A stretch of 64,000 nucleotides of DNA. It comes from Minisyncoccota bacterium. Its GTDB lineage: Bacteria; Patescibacteriota; Minisyncoccia; Phycocordibacterales; SBAW01. The DNA is taken from positions 18,546 through 82,545 of the forward strand of contig DASZRD010000006.1 of the NCBI GenBank assembly GCA_035549255.1, given 5' to 3'. Below, piece by piece: positions 18,197-27,693 of the stretch. The notes below the pieces were generated by a model. The model was not told the origin of the DNA. It searched no databases and saw nothing but the letters and a program-made list of their open reading frames with translations. Position 1 is the stretch's first letter; each line of letters begins with the position of its first letter. The position numbers were made by a program, and so were the translations under genes.

Positions 18197-19429
18197 ATGT
18201 TTGACCTTAAAGTAATGAATTCGGTTCTCTCCGAGCTCGAGGAAGAACGCGGCATTCCGCGCGCGAAGGTGATCGAGGCGATCGAGGCCGCGCTCGCGAC
18301 CGCGTACAAGAAGGAGTATGCCAAGAAGGGGCAGATCATCCGCGCCGTTATCGATATGGACGCCGGCACGACGCAGTTCGTCCAAGTAAAGCAGGTTGTC
18401 GATGATACGACCGTGCGCTTCGCAGCCGAAGGCGAAGAGGAAGAGGTGCCTTCAGAGCCCAAGCTCGATGCCGAGGGCAATGTGATTCCGGAGCTCCCCT
18501 ACTTCAACGAGGAGCAGCACATCATGCTCGCGGATGCCAAGTTTATTAAGCGTGACGCGCAAGTGGGCGACGAGCTTGTCTTCCCGCTTGAAACGAAAGA
18601 CGATTACGGTCGCATCGCCGCGCAGACCGCCAAGCAAGTTATCATCCAAAAGATTCGCGAAGCAGAAAAAGTTTCTGTGGTTGCAGAGTACGGCGCACGC
18701 GAGGGCGAGATTGTCAGCGGCACCGTGCAGCGCATGGAGCGCGGCAACCTCTATGTCGACCTTGGCCGTGCAACAGGTATCCTTCCCTACGAAGAGCAAA
18801 TCCCGGGTGAGCGCTTCCGCCAAGGCGAGCGCATCCGCGCACTCCTCTACCAAGTAGAAGAGTCGCCGCGCGGCATCTACCTGCGCCTCTCGCGTGCCAA
18901 TGGCGCATTTCTCGCAAAATTGTTTGAAATGGAAGTGCCCGAAGTCGCACACGGCACCGTGACCTTCAAGGCAATCGCGCGCGAGGCGGGCAGCCGCTCC
19001 AAGGTCGCGGTCGCATCATCCGACCCGCACGTCGACCCGGTGGGCAGCCTCGTCGGCCAGCGCGGCGTACGCGTCTCGACCGTTACCTCCGAGCTCGGCG
19101 GCGAAAAGATCGACATCATAGAATGGTCTGAGGATACCAAGGCGTTTATCGAAGAGGCGCTCTCGCCCGCTCGCGTGCTTGCGGTCGACCTCGACGACGC
19201 CGAGCATAAGGCGACGATCAAGGTTGCCGAGGACCAGCAGAGCCTCGCCATTGGCCGCGGCGGGCAGAACGTCCGCCTCGCCGCCAAGCTTACCGGCTGG
19301 CGCATCGACATCCAGTCGACTGGCGGCGCGAAAGTAGCCGAGGTTAACGAAGTCGGCGAAGAGACCGAGGCCGTACCCGAAGCAGAAGCCGAATCGAGCG
19401 AAACTACTGAAGAGAAGTCGGCAGAGTAA
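18197..19429 (+). CDS. nusA: Transcription termination/antitermination factor NusA
   Basis: N-terminal LSELEEERGIPRAKVIEAIEAALATAYKKEY, an S1 domain, two KH domains (GxxG) and an acidic C-terminal tail. Start chosen at MFDLKV; the track ORF begins 51 nt upstream. Confidence 0.9.
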   Translation: MFDLKVMNSVLSELEEERGIPRAKVIEAIEAALATAYKKEYAKKGQIIRAVIDMDAGTTQFVQVKQVVDDTTVRFAAEGEEEEVPSEPKLDAEGNVIPELPYFNEEQHIMLADAKFIKRDAQVGDELVFPLETKDDYGRIAAQTAKQVIIQKIREAEKVSVVAEYGAREGEIVSGTVQRMERGNLYVDLGRATGILPYEEQIPGERFRQGERIRALLYQVEESPRGIYLRLSRANGAFLAKLFEMEVPEVAHGTVTFKAIAREAGSRSKVAVASSDPHVDPVGSLVGQRGVRVSTVTSELGGEKIDIIEWSEDTKAFIEEALSPARVLAVDLDDAEHKATIKVAEDQQSLAIGRGGQNVRLAAKLTGWRIDIQSTGGAKVAEVNEVGEETEAVPEAEAESSETTEEKSAE

Positions 19430-19452
19430 TTACTCGTCGTATACTAGTCACT

Positions 19453-20037
19453 ATGGCAAATATCGATCACAAGCCCTCCAAGTACATGCTGAACCTCTTG
19501 CATGTGCTGCCGCCGTTCGCAAACGAGGAAGACGGGATCGTCAACACGATCGTCGAAGTCTCGACGGGTTCGATCAACAAGTATGAGATCATCACCGAGT
19601 CCGGCCAGCTCAAGCTCGACCGCGTCGGTTACTCGTCACTTTCTTACCCTTTCACGTACGGAGCGATCCCTCAAACGTGGGACCTCGACAACGACCCGCT
19701 CGACATCGAGATTGTTAACATTACGGAGCCGCTCGTACCAGGATCGGTCTGCGAGGTGCGCATCATTGGTGCCATGAAGTTCGTCGACGGTGGCGAGGTT
19801 GACGACAAGATCATCGGCGTCCTCTCCGACGACAAGCGCGTCGAGCATATCAAGGCCGTTGAAGACCTTGGCGAATACTTCAAGAAAGAAACCAAATACT
19901 ATTGGGAGAATTATAAAGCGCTCAAGAAGCCGGGCACTGGTGTCGTAGGCGAATTCCTCGGCCGCGACGAGGCCCTGAAGATCGTCAAAGAGTCGATGGA
20001 GCGCTACAGACAGGATTACGCGCCCAAGCTCGACTAA
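19453..20037 (+). CDS. ppa: Inorganic pyrophosphatase (family I)
   Basis: Family I PPase acidic motifs, including DNDPLDIEIV; 194 aa. Confidence 0.92.
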   Translation: MANIDHKPSKYMLNLLHVLPPFANEEDGIVNTIVEVSTGSINKYEIITESGQLKLDRVGYSSLSYPFTYGAIPQTWDLDNDPLDIEIVNITEPLVPGSVCEVRIIGAMKFVDGGEVDDKIIGVLSDDKRVEHIKAVEDLGEYFKKETKYYWENYKALKKPGTGVVGEFLGRDEALKIVKESMERYRQDYAPKLD

Positions 20038-20059
20038 TAGATTTGTATTGGAAGCACCA

Positions 20060-20088
20060 AAAATCCCTCTTAAAAGGGGGATTTTTGC
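20060..20088 (+). terminator. Intrinsic terminator after ppa
   Basis: AAAAATCCCTCTTAAAAGGGGGATTTTT. Confidence 0.55.
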
Positions 20089-20110
20089 TACCTATGCTAT
20101 ACTCAGGGTC

Positions 20111-20287
20111 ATGGAAATCCCCTCTCCTGACGAGTTGCAGCAACGCCAGGCTCAAAAAGAAGGGGTCGGGCCCTTCTTCGCGATCATAATCATCATCGTG
20201 CTCTTGCTTGCGGGCGCAGTGTACTTTTTTATCAACTGGGAAACGACGCACCAACAAACGCCGAGCGCGGAGCAGGCAAATTCCTAG
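20111..20287 (+). CDS. Small membrane protein (58 aa), probably leaderless
   Basis: A TATACT -10 lies 7 nt upstream of the ATG; MEIPSPDELQQRQAQKEGVGPFFAIIIIIVLLLAGAVYFFINWE… has one TM helix. The track start at 20048 falls inside the ppa terminator. Confidence 0.5.
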   Translation: MEIPSPDELQQRQAQKEGVGPFFAIIIIIVLLLAGAVYFFINWETTHQQTPSAEQANS

Positions 20288-20308
20288 CGGGTGTGCTAGT
20301 GTAGGCCG

Positions 20309-21391
20309 ATGCCAGCAGCAGATATAGCAAAAACATTTACGCGCAAGGAGTTGCCGGGCTCGATGGTCGAGCTCTCAGGCGATATCCCGTACGAGGCGCT
20401 TGCGCCTTTTCGCGAGGCAGCGCTCAAGCACTTGGCCGAACATATGGAGCTGCCTGGCTTCCGCCCCGGCAAGGTGCCTGCCGACATGGCGCTGAAGAAA
20501 ATCGGCGAGGTGGGCGTTATGGAGGAAGCGGTCGAGATGTACATGCAAGAGCTCTACCCAGTGCTCCTCGACGCTCACAAGGTCGACGCGGTCGGCCGCC
20601 CGGATATCCGCATTACCAAGCTCGCGCCCAATAACCCTGTGAGCCTCACCGTCCGCGCGGCGGTGTATCCAGAAGTGACGCTCCCCAAAGATTGGAAGAA
20701 GACGAGCAACAAGATCGAGCTTGAGACTGCATTGCCTGCGACCGACGAAGAGGTTGAGAAGACTATCCAGTCTCTGCGCGAGAACCGCGCTGCGCGCGAG
20801 GAAGGCAAGGAGCCTGTGCTCCCGGAGGTTACTGACGAATGGGCCCAGTCGCTCGGCGCGTTTGAGAATGTCGCGGCGCTACGCGAGCAGATCAAGAAAG
20901 GCATTACCGAGGAGAAGAAGCGCGCTGCCAAGGATGCCCGCCGCGGCAAGATCGTCGACGCGGTCATTGCTGATACGAAAGTCGACGTGCCGGATGTCTT
21001 CGTCGAGAGCGAGCAAGACAAGATTATGAGCCAGATGCGGGAAGATATCACCCGCATGGGGCTTACCTTTGAGGATTACCTCAAGCATATCAATAAGACC
21101 GAGGAAGCGGTGCGAGAGGAATTCCGCGACCAGGCGAAGAAGCGCGCCACGCTTCAGCTCGTGCTCAACAAAGTAGCGCAGGAGGAAGATATTAAGGCCG
21201 ACCAGCCGTCAGTCGAGACCGAGATGCAGCATGCGCTCCAGCACTTCCCCGATGCCAACCCCGAACTTCTGCGTATTCATATAGAGACAGTCTTGCGCAA
21301 CGAGCTGACGCTGCGCCGACTTGAGGGAGACGCCACCCCGCTCGAGCCAACCACGCACGATCATGATCATAGCGAGCATCTGCACGAGTAA
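20309..21391 (+). CDS. tig: Trigger factor lacking the central PPIase (FKBP) domain
   Basis: GFRPGKVP ribosome-binding signature in the N-domain; the C-terminal chaperone domain is present; only 360 aa; tig-clpP synteny. Confidence 0.82.
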   Translation: MPAADIAKTFTRKELPGSMVELSGDIPYEALAPFREAALKHLAEHMELPGFRPGKVPADMALKKIGEVGVMEEAVEMYMQELYPVLLDAHKVDAVGRPDIRITKLAPNNPVSLTVRAAVYPEVTLPKDWKKTSNKIELETALPATDEEVEKTIQSLRENRAAREEGKEPVLPEVTDEWAQSLGAFENVAALREQIKKGITEEKKRAAKDARRGKIVDAVIADTKVDVPDVFVESEQDKIMSQMREDITRMGLTFEDYLKHINKTEEAVREEFRDQAKKRATLQLVLNKVAQEEDIKADQPSVETEMQHALQHFPDANPELLRIHIETVLRNELTLRRLEGDATPLEPTTHDHDHSEHLHE

Positions 21392-21413
21392 TATTTAGCT
21401 ACATAGAGATAGA

Positions 21414-21447
21414 AAAAGGCCCGACCGTAGGAAACGGCGGGCCTTTT
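21414..21447 (+). terminator. Intrinsic terminator after tig
   Basis: AAAAAGGCCCGACCGTAGGAAACGGCGGGCCTTTTAT. Confidence 0.6.
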
Positions 21448-21509
21448 ATCGAACAGCCGCTGCAGACAGCTCGAACCGAACGAAAGAACATCTGCAGGGT
21501 ATCTCGGCC

Positions 21510-21647
21510 TCAGTTGAAGCCGCAATGTTCAGTGCAGTAATGCACTGAAGGGGCAAAGGGCCCATTGCCATCATTGTAGAGTTCCGAACCGATCATGAGA
21601 ACGGCGAAAATCCCAAGGATGGAAAATACTGCGATCTTAGCAAACAT
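21510..21647 (-). CDS. Small SD-led ORF (45 aa) with a hydrophobic N-terminus and a CxxxC C-terminus
   Basis: AGGAGG lies 5 nt upstream of the ATG; MFAKIAVFSILGIFAVLMIGSELYNDGNGPFAPSVHYCTEHCGFN. Too short for the ORF track; translated manually. Confidence 0.45.
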   Translation of the reverse strand: MFAKIAVFSILGIFAVLMIGSELYNDGNGPFAPSVHYCTEHCGFN

Positions 21648-21719
21648 GAAACCCTCCTATTGAGCGGCCTTCGCAGAATGCGAAAGCTCAAGAGAAACCC
21701 TGTGGTTTATATTTTCCGC

Positions 21720-21748
21720 TTGAAATACTCTCCCGTCAAGCGTATAGT
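21720..21748 (+). promoter_or_regulatory. Sigma70-like promoter of clpP (TTGAAA, 17 nt spacer, TATAGT; 6-nt leader)
   Basis: cTTGAAAtactctcccgtcaagcgTATAGTgtgcacATG. Confidence 0.5.
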
Positions 21749-21754
21749 GTGCAC

Positions 21755-22390
21755 ATGCAAAATAACCCTATACAAAGCCAATTGGTGCCGATGGTGGTCG
21801 AGAAGTCCCCTTACGGCGAGCGGGCTTTCGACATCTACTCGCGCCTCCTCAAGGAGCGCATCATCTTCCTCTCCGGCGCTATCGAGGATCATACGGCCAA
21901 TCTTATCATCGCGCAGCTCCTCTTCCTGGCGTCCGAGGATCCCAAGAAAGATATCCAGCTCTATATCAACTCCCCCGGCGGCTCGGTCACGGCCGGTCTC
22001 GCCATCCTGGACACCATGAACTTCGTGAAGCCCGACGTCGCGACGGTATGCGTCGGCATGGCGGCCTCCGCAGCAGCAGTAATCCTCGCCGCAGGCCAGA
22101 AGGGCAAGCGCTACGCGCTCCCCAACGCCGAGGTGATGATCCACCAGCCGTGGGGGGGCGCACAGGGACAAGCTACCGATATCGAGATCACCGCCAAGCA
22201 CATCGTCGCCACCCGCGAGCGCCTTAATAAGATCCTCGCCAAGGCGACCGGCCAGGCGCTCGAGAAGGTCGAGAAGGACGTCGACCGCGACTACTTCATG
22301 ATGGCCGAGGACGCCAAGAAATACGGCATCATTGACGACATTTTCAGCGGCAAGGCCCCTGCTGCAAAGCCGTCCGGCAAGAAGGACTAG
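21755..22390 (+). CDS. clpP: ATP-dependent Clp protease proteolytic subunit
   Basis: [13 protein letters not shown], the MAASAA Ser site and an HQP His motif; start placed at the first ATG (MQNNPIQ). Confidence 0.94.
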   Translation: MQNNPIQSQLVPMVVEKSPYGERAFDIYSRLLKERIIFLSGAIEDHTANLIIAQLLFLASEDPKKDIQLYINSPGGSVTAGLAILDTMNFVKPDVATVCVGMAASAAAVILAAGQKGKRYALPNAEVMIHQPWGGAQGQATDIEITAKHIVATRERLNKILAKATGQALEKVEKDVDRDYFMMAEDAKKYGIIDDIFSGKAPAAKPSGKKD

Positions 22391-22417
22391 GGTTGCCTTA
22401 CCCTCGGATTCCTGGTA

Positions 22418-22450
22418 CCCTGAAGATGTTCGCTTCAGGGTATTTCTTTC
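22418..22450 (+). terminator. Intrinsic terminator after clpP
   Basis: CCCTGAAGATGTTCGCTTCAGGGTATTTCTTTC. Confidence 0.6.
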
Positions 22451-22597
22451 GTAATTTAATTTTGAACTGTTCCCCCTCCCTCCGATTCCTATCAATGATT
22501 ACATCTGTGACTAAAGCGCCAGAAGCAGCAGTTCGAAAGGGCTAAGCACAGCATCCGCATTGCGGGGCGTCGAGCGGTTTGGGGACCCAAATCGTTT

Positions 22598-24127
22598 ATG
22601 TCGCTTACATACGCATTCATCCTCATGGGGATTGCCGGGCTCGCGGGCATTGCGATCGGATACATCTTCCGATTGCTCTTCGCGCGCGCGCAAAGGAATT
22701 CCCTCGAGGTCGAGGTTAAAAACATCCTCTTCAACGCCCGCGAGGAGGCAAAGCGGATTACTGACGAGGCCGAGAACAAGTCCCGCGAGCTCGTAGAGAG
22801 CGGCGAAGCTGCGCTTAAGGAGAAGGAGGAGAAGCTCACGCGCGCCGAGGACCGCGTCTTCAAGCGCGAGGAAGCACTCGACAAAAAGTCGTCCGAGTTC
22901 GACCGCGAAGTCGAGGGGCTGAAGTCACGTATTGAAGAAGTAAAAACGATCCGTGAGCGCGCCGAAGGGCTCGTACAGCAGCGCGGTGAGGAACTGGCTC
23001 GTGTGGCCGGCCTCACCAAAGACCAGGCTAAAGAGCAGCTCATGGCCGAAATCGAGCGCGAGAACGGCGAGGATTTCATGATGCGCGCGGCCAAGCTCGA
23101 GCGCGAGGGCTACGAGCGCCTTGAGCGCAAGGCCAAGGATATCCTTACGACCGCGATCCACCGCCTTGGCAACTCGGTCGCCTCCGACACGATGGCGACC
23201 GCGATCACGATTCCCAACGACGACATCAAGGGCAAGATCATCGGCAAGGAAGGCCGCAACATCAAGGCATTTGAGCGCGCCAGCGGCGTCGAGGTCATTA
23301 TCGACGACACGCCCGGCTCGATCGTGCTTTCTTCTTATGACCCGATCCGTCGTGCAATTGCCCGCGTCGCGCTCGAGAATCTCATCATCGACGGCCGCAT
23401 TCAGCCCGCCAAGATCGAGGATACAGTCGAGAAGGCAAAAAACGAGGTCAACAAGATCATCAAAGAGAAGGGCGAACAGGCCGCCTTCGAGGCCGGCGTG
23501 CTCAATCTCGACCCGCGGCTGATCATGATTCTCGGCCGTCTCCACTTCCGCACTTCCTACGGGCAATCGGTACTACAGCACAGCGTGGAGATGGCGCATA
23601 TCGCCGGCATGATCGCCGAAGAGCTCGGCGCCAATCCGCAAGTCGCTCGCGCCGGGGCGCTCCTTCACGACATCGGCAAAGCGCTCGACCACGAGGTCCA
23701 GGGTACGCACGTCGAGATCGGTCGCCGAGTGCTCCAGAAGTTCGGCGTTTCCGAGGAAGTGGTCAAAGCGATGCAGGCGCACCATGAGGAATACCCGTAC
23801 GAAACGACCGAGTCGGTCATCGTCCAAGTCGCAGACGCCATTTCGGGCGGCCGCCCCGGTGCACGCCGCGACAGCGTTGAGAATTATCTCAAGCGTCTCG
23901 GCGATATCGAGGCGATCGCCAACTCCTTCACCGGCGTTGAGAAGTCCTATGCTATTTCTGCCGGCCGCGAGGTGCGCGTCTTCGTCAAACCCGATGAAAT
24001 GACAGACTTCGCCGCCCGGGAATTGGCCCGCAATATAGCCCTGCGCATCGAAAACGAGCTCAAATATCCCGGCGAGATCAAAGTAACAGTGATCCGCGAG
24101 ACCCGCTCGATCGAATTTGCGCGTTAA
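22598..24127 (+). CDS. rny: Ribonuclease Y
   Basis: N-terminal TM helix, a coiled-coil segment, a KH domain (GKIIGKEGRNIKAFE) and an HD domain (HDIGK). Confidence 0.92.
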   Translation: MSLTYAFILMGIAGLAGIAIGYIFRLLFARAQRNSLEVEVKNILFNAREEAKRITDEAENKSRELVESGEAALKEKEEKLTRAEDRVFKREEALDKKSSEFDREVEGLKSRIEEVKTIRERAEGLVQQRGEELARVAGLTKDQAKEQLMAEIERENGEDFMMRAAKLEREGYERLERKAKDILTTAIHRLGNSVASDTMATAITIPNDDIKGKIIGKEGRNIKAFERASGVEVIIDDTPGSIVLSSYDPIRRAIARVALENLIIDGRIQPAKIEDTVEKAKNEVNKIIKEKGEQAAFEAGVLNLDPRLIMILGRLHFRTSYGQSVLQHSVEMAHIAGMIAEELGANPQVARAGALLHDIGKALDHEVQGTHVEIGRRVLQKFGVSEEVVKAMQAHHEEYPYETTESVIVQVADAISGGRPGARRDSVENYLKRLGDIEAIANSFTGVEKSYAISAGREVRVFVKPDEMTDFAARELARNIALRIENELKYPGEIKVTVIRETRSIEFAR

Positions 24128-24343
24128 TTCTCCATTTTCGGCAAAAAATAACAAAATTTACTGAGATTTTGTCAAATTTTTCTATCCCCGTGGCTCTATT
24201 GCGCGGTTTTTTGAGATCACTATACTAAAGGGCAGGTTTTTTCGCCTCTTACCAGGGCGAAAAGCGAAAGAACCCCCAATTGGGTGTGCGTGATATACCG
24301 CGGCATTAGGCCGTATTTATCCGTTATTGTAACCATAAGCCCT

Positions 24344-24616
24344 ATGAACAAGCAGGATATCGCAGAAAAAGTGCAGGGAGTCCTTGGCGGGACCAAGGCT
24401 GACGCCGAGCGCGCCGTGGAGAGCATGATCGACACGGTCGTAAGCGCGCTCAAGCGCAATGAAGAGGTCTCGATTGCCGGCCTCGGCATCTTCAAGACCA
24501 AAATGCGCGCGGCCCGCACCGCCCGCAACCCTCGCACTGGCGAGTCGGTCAATGTGCCTTCGATGCGCGTGCCGAAGTTCCAGCCGGCCAAGGCGCTCAA
24601 GGACGCCGTCAAGTAA
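24344..24616 (+). CDS. hup: DNA-binding protein HU
   Basis: MNKQDIAEKV…GLGIFKTKMRAARTARNPRTGESVNVP (HU arm motif RNPRTGE). Confidence 0.9.
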   Translation: MNKQDIAEKVQGVLGGTKADAERAVESMIDTVVSALKRNEEVSIAGLGIFKTKMRAARTARNPRTGESVNVPSMRVPKFQPAKALKDAVK

Positions 24617-24641
24617 GGCAAGGTCTGATCCTCTCGAAACG

Positions 24642-24668
24642 AAAAACCCGCACCTGGTGCGGGTTTTT
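24642..24668. terminator. Bidirectional intrinsic terminator
   Basis: AAAAACCCGCACCTGGTGCGGGTTTTT. Confidence 0.7.
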
Positions 24669-24677
24669 CGTTGCTGT

Positions 24678-25445
24678 TTAATTAATCTCCGGCTTGAGGA
24701 TGTCTTTCACGTCCGCCAAGAGGACTTGGACCTCGAACGACCCCGCCGCATACGCGGCGGCCTGATACGGAGGGATAAAAATCCTGATACGATCGCTGTC
24801 GACTACGAAATTCTCAAAATTCTCCGCTTTGGGCGCTACGCCGTCTGCAATCATGTCTTGGGAATCTCCCCCTTCTTTCTGCAGCTGAGCCGCAACCTGC
24901 TGCTGCGCCGCTTGGGATAGCCGGTTGAGATAGTCCGAGCCGCTCATAAAGAGATCTCCCAGGCTTACCGTATCACCGTTCATGTCGAATACGAGCGTCT
25001 TATAGGAGTTGATTGGGTGCGCGCCGCCCGTATCGGTGTAGATATCAAACTCGTAGGATACGAACGAGCCCGAAGAGTAAGCATGGTAGCCGATATCCAG
25101 AGAATATTTGATATTCGCGGCAGTCAGTCGGTCCTTCTCATCCTGGCTTACGGAATTCGCTTCTTCCTTGAATTGGGAGATGAAACCGTTGAGGGTTGTC
25201 GCGATAGTATTCTCCGCTTTGCTCTCAGCTCCCCAGCTGCCGCGCGTCGCGAGCGAGGTCGTTGCAGTATAATTGATCTGAATCGTGTAATACGGCGTGT
25301 CTTCGCGGTGCTGGCGATCGCCCGTCTCAGCGAGCGTGTAGGAGAGCGAGCTCCCCGGCGCGGCGCGAGAATAATACAAAGCTCCCGCCGCAGCGATAAT
25401 GAGCGCAACGATACCAATAATCGTTATGAGGCTATTTCTCGACAT
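24678..25445 (-). CDS. Membrane-anchored DUF3298/DUF4163-like protein (RsiV-like extracytoplasmic domain)
   Basis: N-terminal TM anchor followed by an extracytoplasmic domain; family assignment is from memory of the RsiV-type fold and is tentative. Confidence 0.5.
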   Translation of the reverse strand: MSRNSLITIIGIVALIIAAAGALYYSRAAPGSSLSYTLAETGDRQHREDTPYYTIQINYTATTSLATRGSWGAESKAENTIATTLNGFISQFKEEANSVSQDEKDRLTAANIKYSLDIGYHAYSSGSFVSYEFDIYTDTGGAHPINSYKTLVFDMNGDTVSLGDLFMSGSDYLNRLSQAAQQQVAAQLQKEGGDSQDMIADGVAPKAENFENFVVDSDRIRIFIPPYQAAAYAAGSFEVQVLLADVKDILKPEIN

Positions 25446-25487
25446 AGTATGTTATTGCAGCACACTTGGATGAACATTAGATGATGT

Positions 25488-25558
25488 GCGGGATGGGAGA
25501 ATCGGACTCCCGACTTCAGTTTGGAAAACTGACGTTTTACCATTAAACCAATCCCGCG
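25488..25558 (-). tRNA. tRNA-Trp (anticodon CCA); 3' CCA not encoded
   Basis: Minus strand GCGGGATTGGTTTAATGGTAAAACGTCAGTTTTCCAAACTGAAGTCGGGAGTCCGATTCTCCCATCCCGCA has a 7-bp acceptor stem, anticodon loop TTCCAAA and T-arm GGGAG/CTCCC. Confidence 0.8.
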
Positions 25559-25588
25559 TACGAGCATAAGCGTATACTATAGGTAACT

Positions 25589-26731
25589 ATGGAATTTATC
25601 CATACGCTGCTCAATCTCCTTGGCGCCTTGGCAGCTGCGGTCTCTCTGTTTTTCGGCAACCTTGCGGCAACGTACTTGCCGTCGGAGACGCTTGTATCTA
25701 TCAGCCCGCCCGCTGAGACGCGCATGGCATCGTCAACGCCGGCGGCCGGATCAACCAGCACCGCAAGCTCCTCCCCTGCCGCGCAGAAGGCGGCGTCCAA
25801 GCTTCCTGTGGACGCCAGCACAGTCGCGACCATGCCGATAGCTCCCCGGCCCGCAACCCTCCCGCCGGAAACCCCACCAGCCGATCCCGTGGCGCTCAAC
25901 AGCCAGACCCGCGCGGCGCTGGTTAATATCCTCTGCCTCGCCGGGAGCGGCGTACATTCCATCTCCGCCAGCGGCGTCTTCGTTGACTCGCGGGGTGTCA
26001 TTCTGACCAACGCACACGTCGGAGAATTTTTCCTGCTTAAAGATTATCCGACGCCCAACAACGTGAACTGCACCATACGTACCGGCAGCCCCGCGCAGGC
26101 CGCCTATCATGCTACGCTCGTCTACTTGCCCCCAGCTTGGATCGCCAAGAACGCCTCGCAAATCGCCCTACCGCAGGCGGTAGGCACCGGCGAAGACGAC
26201 TATTCGTTTCTTTTGGTTACGGACAGCGTCTCGGGTACCCCCTTGCCCACTTCCTTCCCCGCCCTGCCCATGACTTCAGACGAGCCTTCGCAGGGAGAAA
26301 ACATGCTTTTGGCCGGATATCCCGCGGGCTTTCTTGACGGCTTCACTATAGAACAGAACCTGTATATCTCTTCGGCATTCGCCAACGTGACGCAGCTCTA
26401 CACCTACGGAGACGGGCAGACAATCGACCTTGTCTCCATAGGCGGTACGATTGTTTCGCAAGGAGGCGCATCGGGCGGCGCCGCGGTCCGCGCGAGCGAC
26501 GGCAGCCTTCAAGGCATTATCGCGACTGCCACGAGCGCCGACACCACCGCCGAGCGCGATCTGCGCGCCGTTACGCTAGCGCATATAAACCGCAGCCTCG
26601 CGGCGTACGGCATGGGAGGTATAGCAGCGCTCCTGTCGGGCAATATCGCCAATGAAGCGGCCCAATTCAGCGCAAACGTAGCCCCGGCTGAAAAGGCCGC
26701 ACTCGTGAACGTCCTTCAAGGGGGCAATTAG
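25589..26731 (+). CDS. Membrane-anchored trypsin-like serine protease
   Basis: N-terminal TM anchor, a Ser/Thr/Pro-rich linker, a GVILTNAHV His motif and a GGASGG Ser motif. Confidence 0.65.
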   Translation: MEFIHTLLNLLGALAAAVSLFFGNLAATYLPSETLVSISPPAETRMASSTPAAGSTSTASSSPAAQKAASKLPVDASTVATMPIAPRPATLPPETPPADPVALNSQTRAALVNILCLAGSGVHSISASGVFVDSRGVILTNAHVGEFFLLKDYPTPNNVNCTIRTGSPAQAAYHATLVYLPPAWIAKNASQIALPQAVGTGEDDYSFLLVTDSVSGTPLPTSFPALPMTSDEPSQGENMLLAGYPAGFLDGFTIEQNLYISSAFANVTQLYTYGDGQTIDLVSIGGTIVSQGGASGGAAVRASDGSLQGIIATATSADTTAERDLRAVTLAHINRSLAAYGMGGIAALLSGNIANEAAQFSANVAPAEKAALVNVLQGGN

Positions 26732-27594
26732 GCCTTCCAGCGCGCAAATATCCCGCACGGAAGCGCCCGCTTCCCTTCCCGCTCTTCTATCGTCAAATCG
26801 CCGTATGCCACCTCTCCGCCGTATTTTCTTGCAAACGGCTCGAGGTTATAGGCGAAGGCAAGCGGCGAATAGCCCGCGGCATAGCCGTTTACTAAAATTC
26901 CTACAGGCTTATCAGAAATGAGTTTTTCGCATGCCTCCATAAGCGGCAAAAGGTCCTCTTCGATCTTCCAGAGCTCATCGTTGGGCCCGTGGCCGAAGGC
27001 GGGCGGGTCCATAAGGATAAAATCATACTTATTGCCGCGTTTGATTTCGCGGCCAACGAATACCATCACATCCTCAGTAATCCATCGTATAGATTTATCA
27101 GCCAAGCCTGAGAGGATCGCATTCTCACGCGCCCACGCGACAGCTGTCTTAGAGGCGTCGACATGCGTAACCTGTGCGCCAGCCTGTGCCGCGGCGAGCG
27201 ACGCTCCGCCGGTGTAGCCGAAAAGGTTGAGCACTTTTACCTCTTCCCTTCCTCTTATCACTTCCCTCACCCACTCCCAATTCGGTTCCTGCTCCGGGAA
27301 GAGGCCGGTGTGCTTAAAGGACGTCAGCCGTATAAGGAAGGTTAGCCCGCCAAATTCTATCGGCCACTCTTTGGGCAAGTCCTTTCCCGCTTCCCACTTC
27401 CCTTCGCTACCCTGGCGAACATACCGCGCGTCGGCCTTGGCCCACTCCTCCGGCGAACTAGCCTTATTCCACAACGCTTGCGGATCAGGCCGGCTCAAAA
27501 GGACATTGCCATAGCGCTCGAGCTTCTCTTCCCTGCCGGAATCTATAAGCTCGTAATCTTTTGAAGATTTGGTTACTAGTGTTTGACGTTCCAT
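26728..27594 (-). CDS. Class I SAM-dependent RNA methyltransferase (RlmI/RlmK-like)
   Basis: NLFGYTGGAS (motif I) and MDPPAFG (motif IV); the start is trimmed to MERQT… so that the gene does not run into tRNA-Pro. Confidence 0.72.
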   Translation of the reverse strand: MERQTLVTKSSKDYELIDSGREEKLERYGNVLLSRPDPQALWNKASSPEEWAKADARYVRQGSEGKWEAGKDLPKEWPIEFGGLTFLIRLTSFKHTGLFPEQEPNWEWVREVIRGREEVKVLNLFGYTGGASLAAAQAGAQVTHVDASKTAVAWARENAILSGLADKSIRWITEDVMVFVGREIKRGNKYDFILMDPPAFGHGPNDELWKIEEDLLPLMEACEKLISDKPVGILVNGYAAGYSPLAFAYNLEPFARKYGGEVAYGDLTIEEREGKRALPCGIFARWKA

Positions 27595-27603
27595 GTGTAA
27601 CGA

Positions 27604-27674
27604 TCGGGGCGCCCAGAATCGAACTGGGTCATCTTGCTCCCAAAGCAAGCGTACTACCGGTATACGACGCCCCG
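27604..27674 (-). tRNA. tRNA-Pro (anticodon TGG); CCA not encoded
   Basis: CGGGGCGTCGTATACCGGTAGTACGCTTGCTTTGGGAGCAAGATGACCCAGTTCGATTCTGGGCGCCCCGA; anticodon loop TTTGGGA. Confidence 0.78.
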
Positions 27675-27693
27675 CAGTACCCCGAGAATAGCA

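Noticed and set aside
20048-20110. Upstream ATG for the small membrane protein
   Set aside because: The ATG lies inside the ppa terminator hairpin; the TATACT -10 sits 7 nt before the ATG at 20111.
21707-22495. 262-aa minus-strand ORF
   Set aside because: Antisense shadow of clpP.
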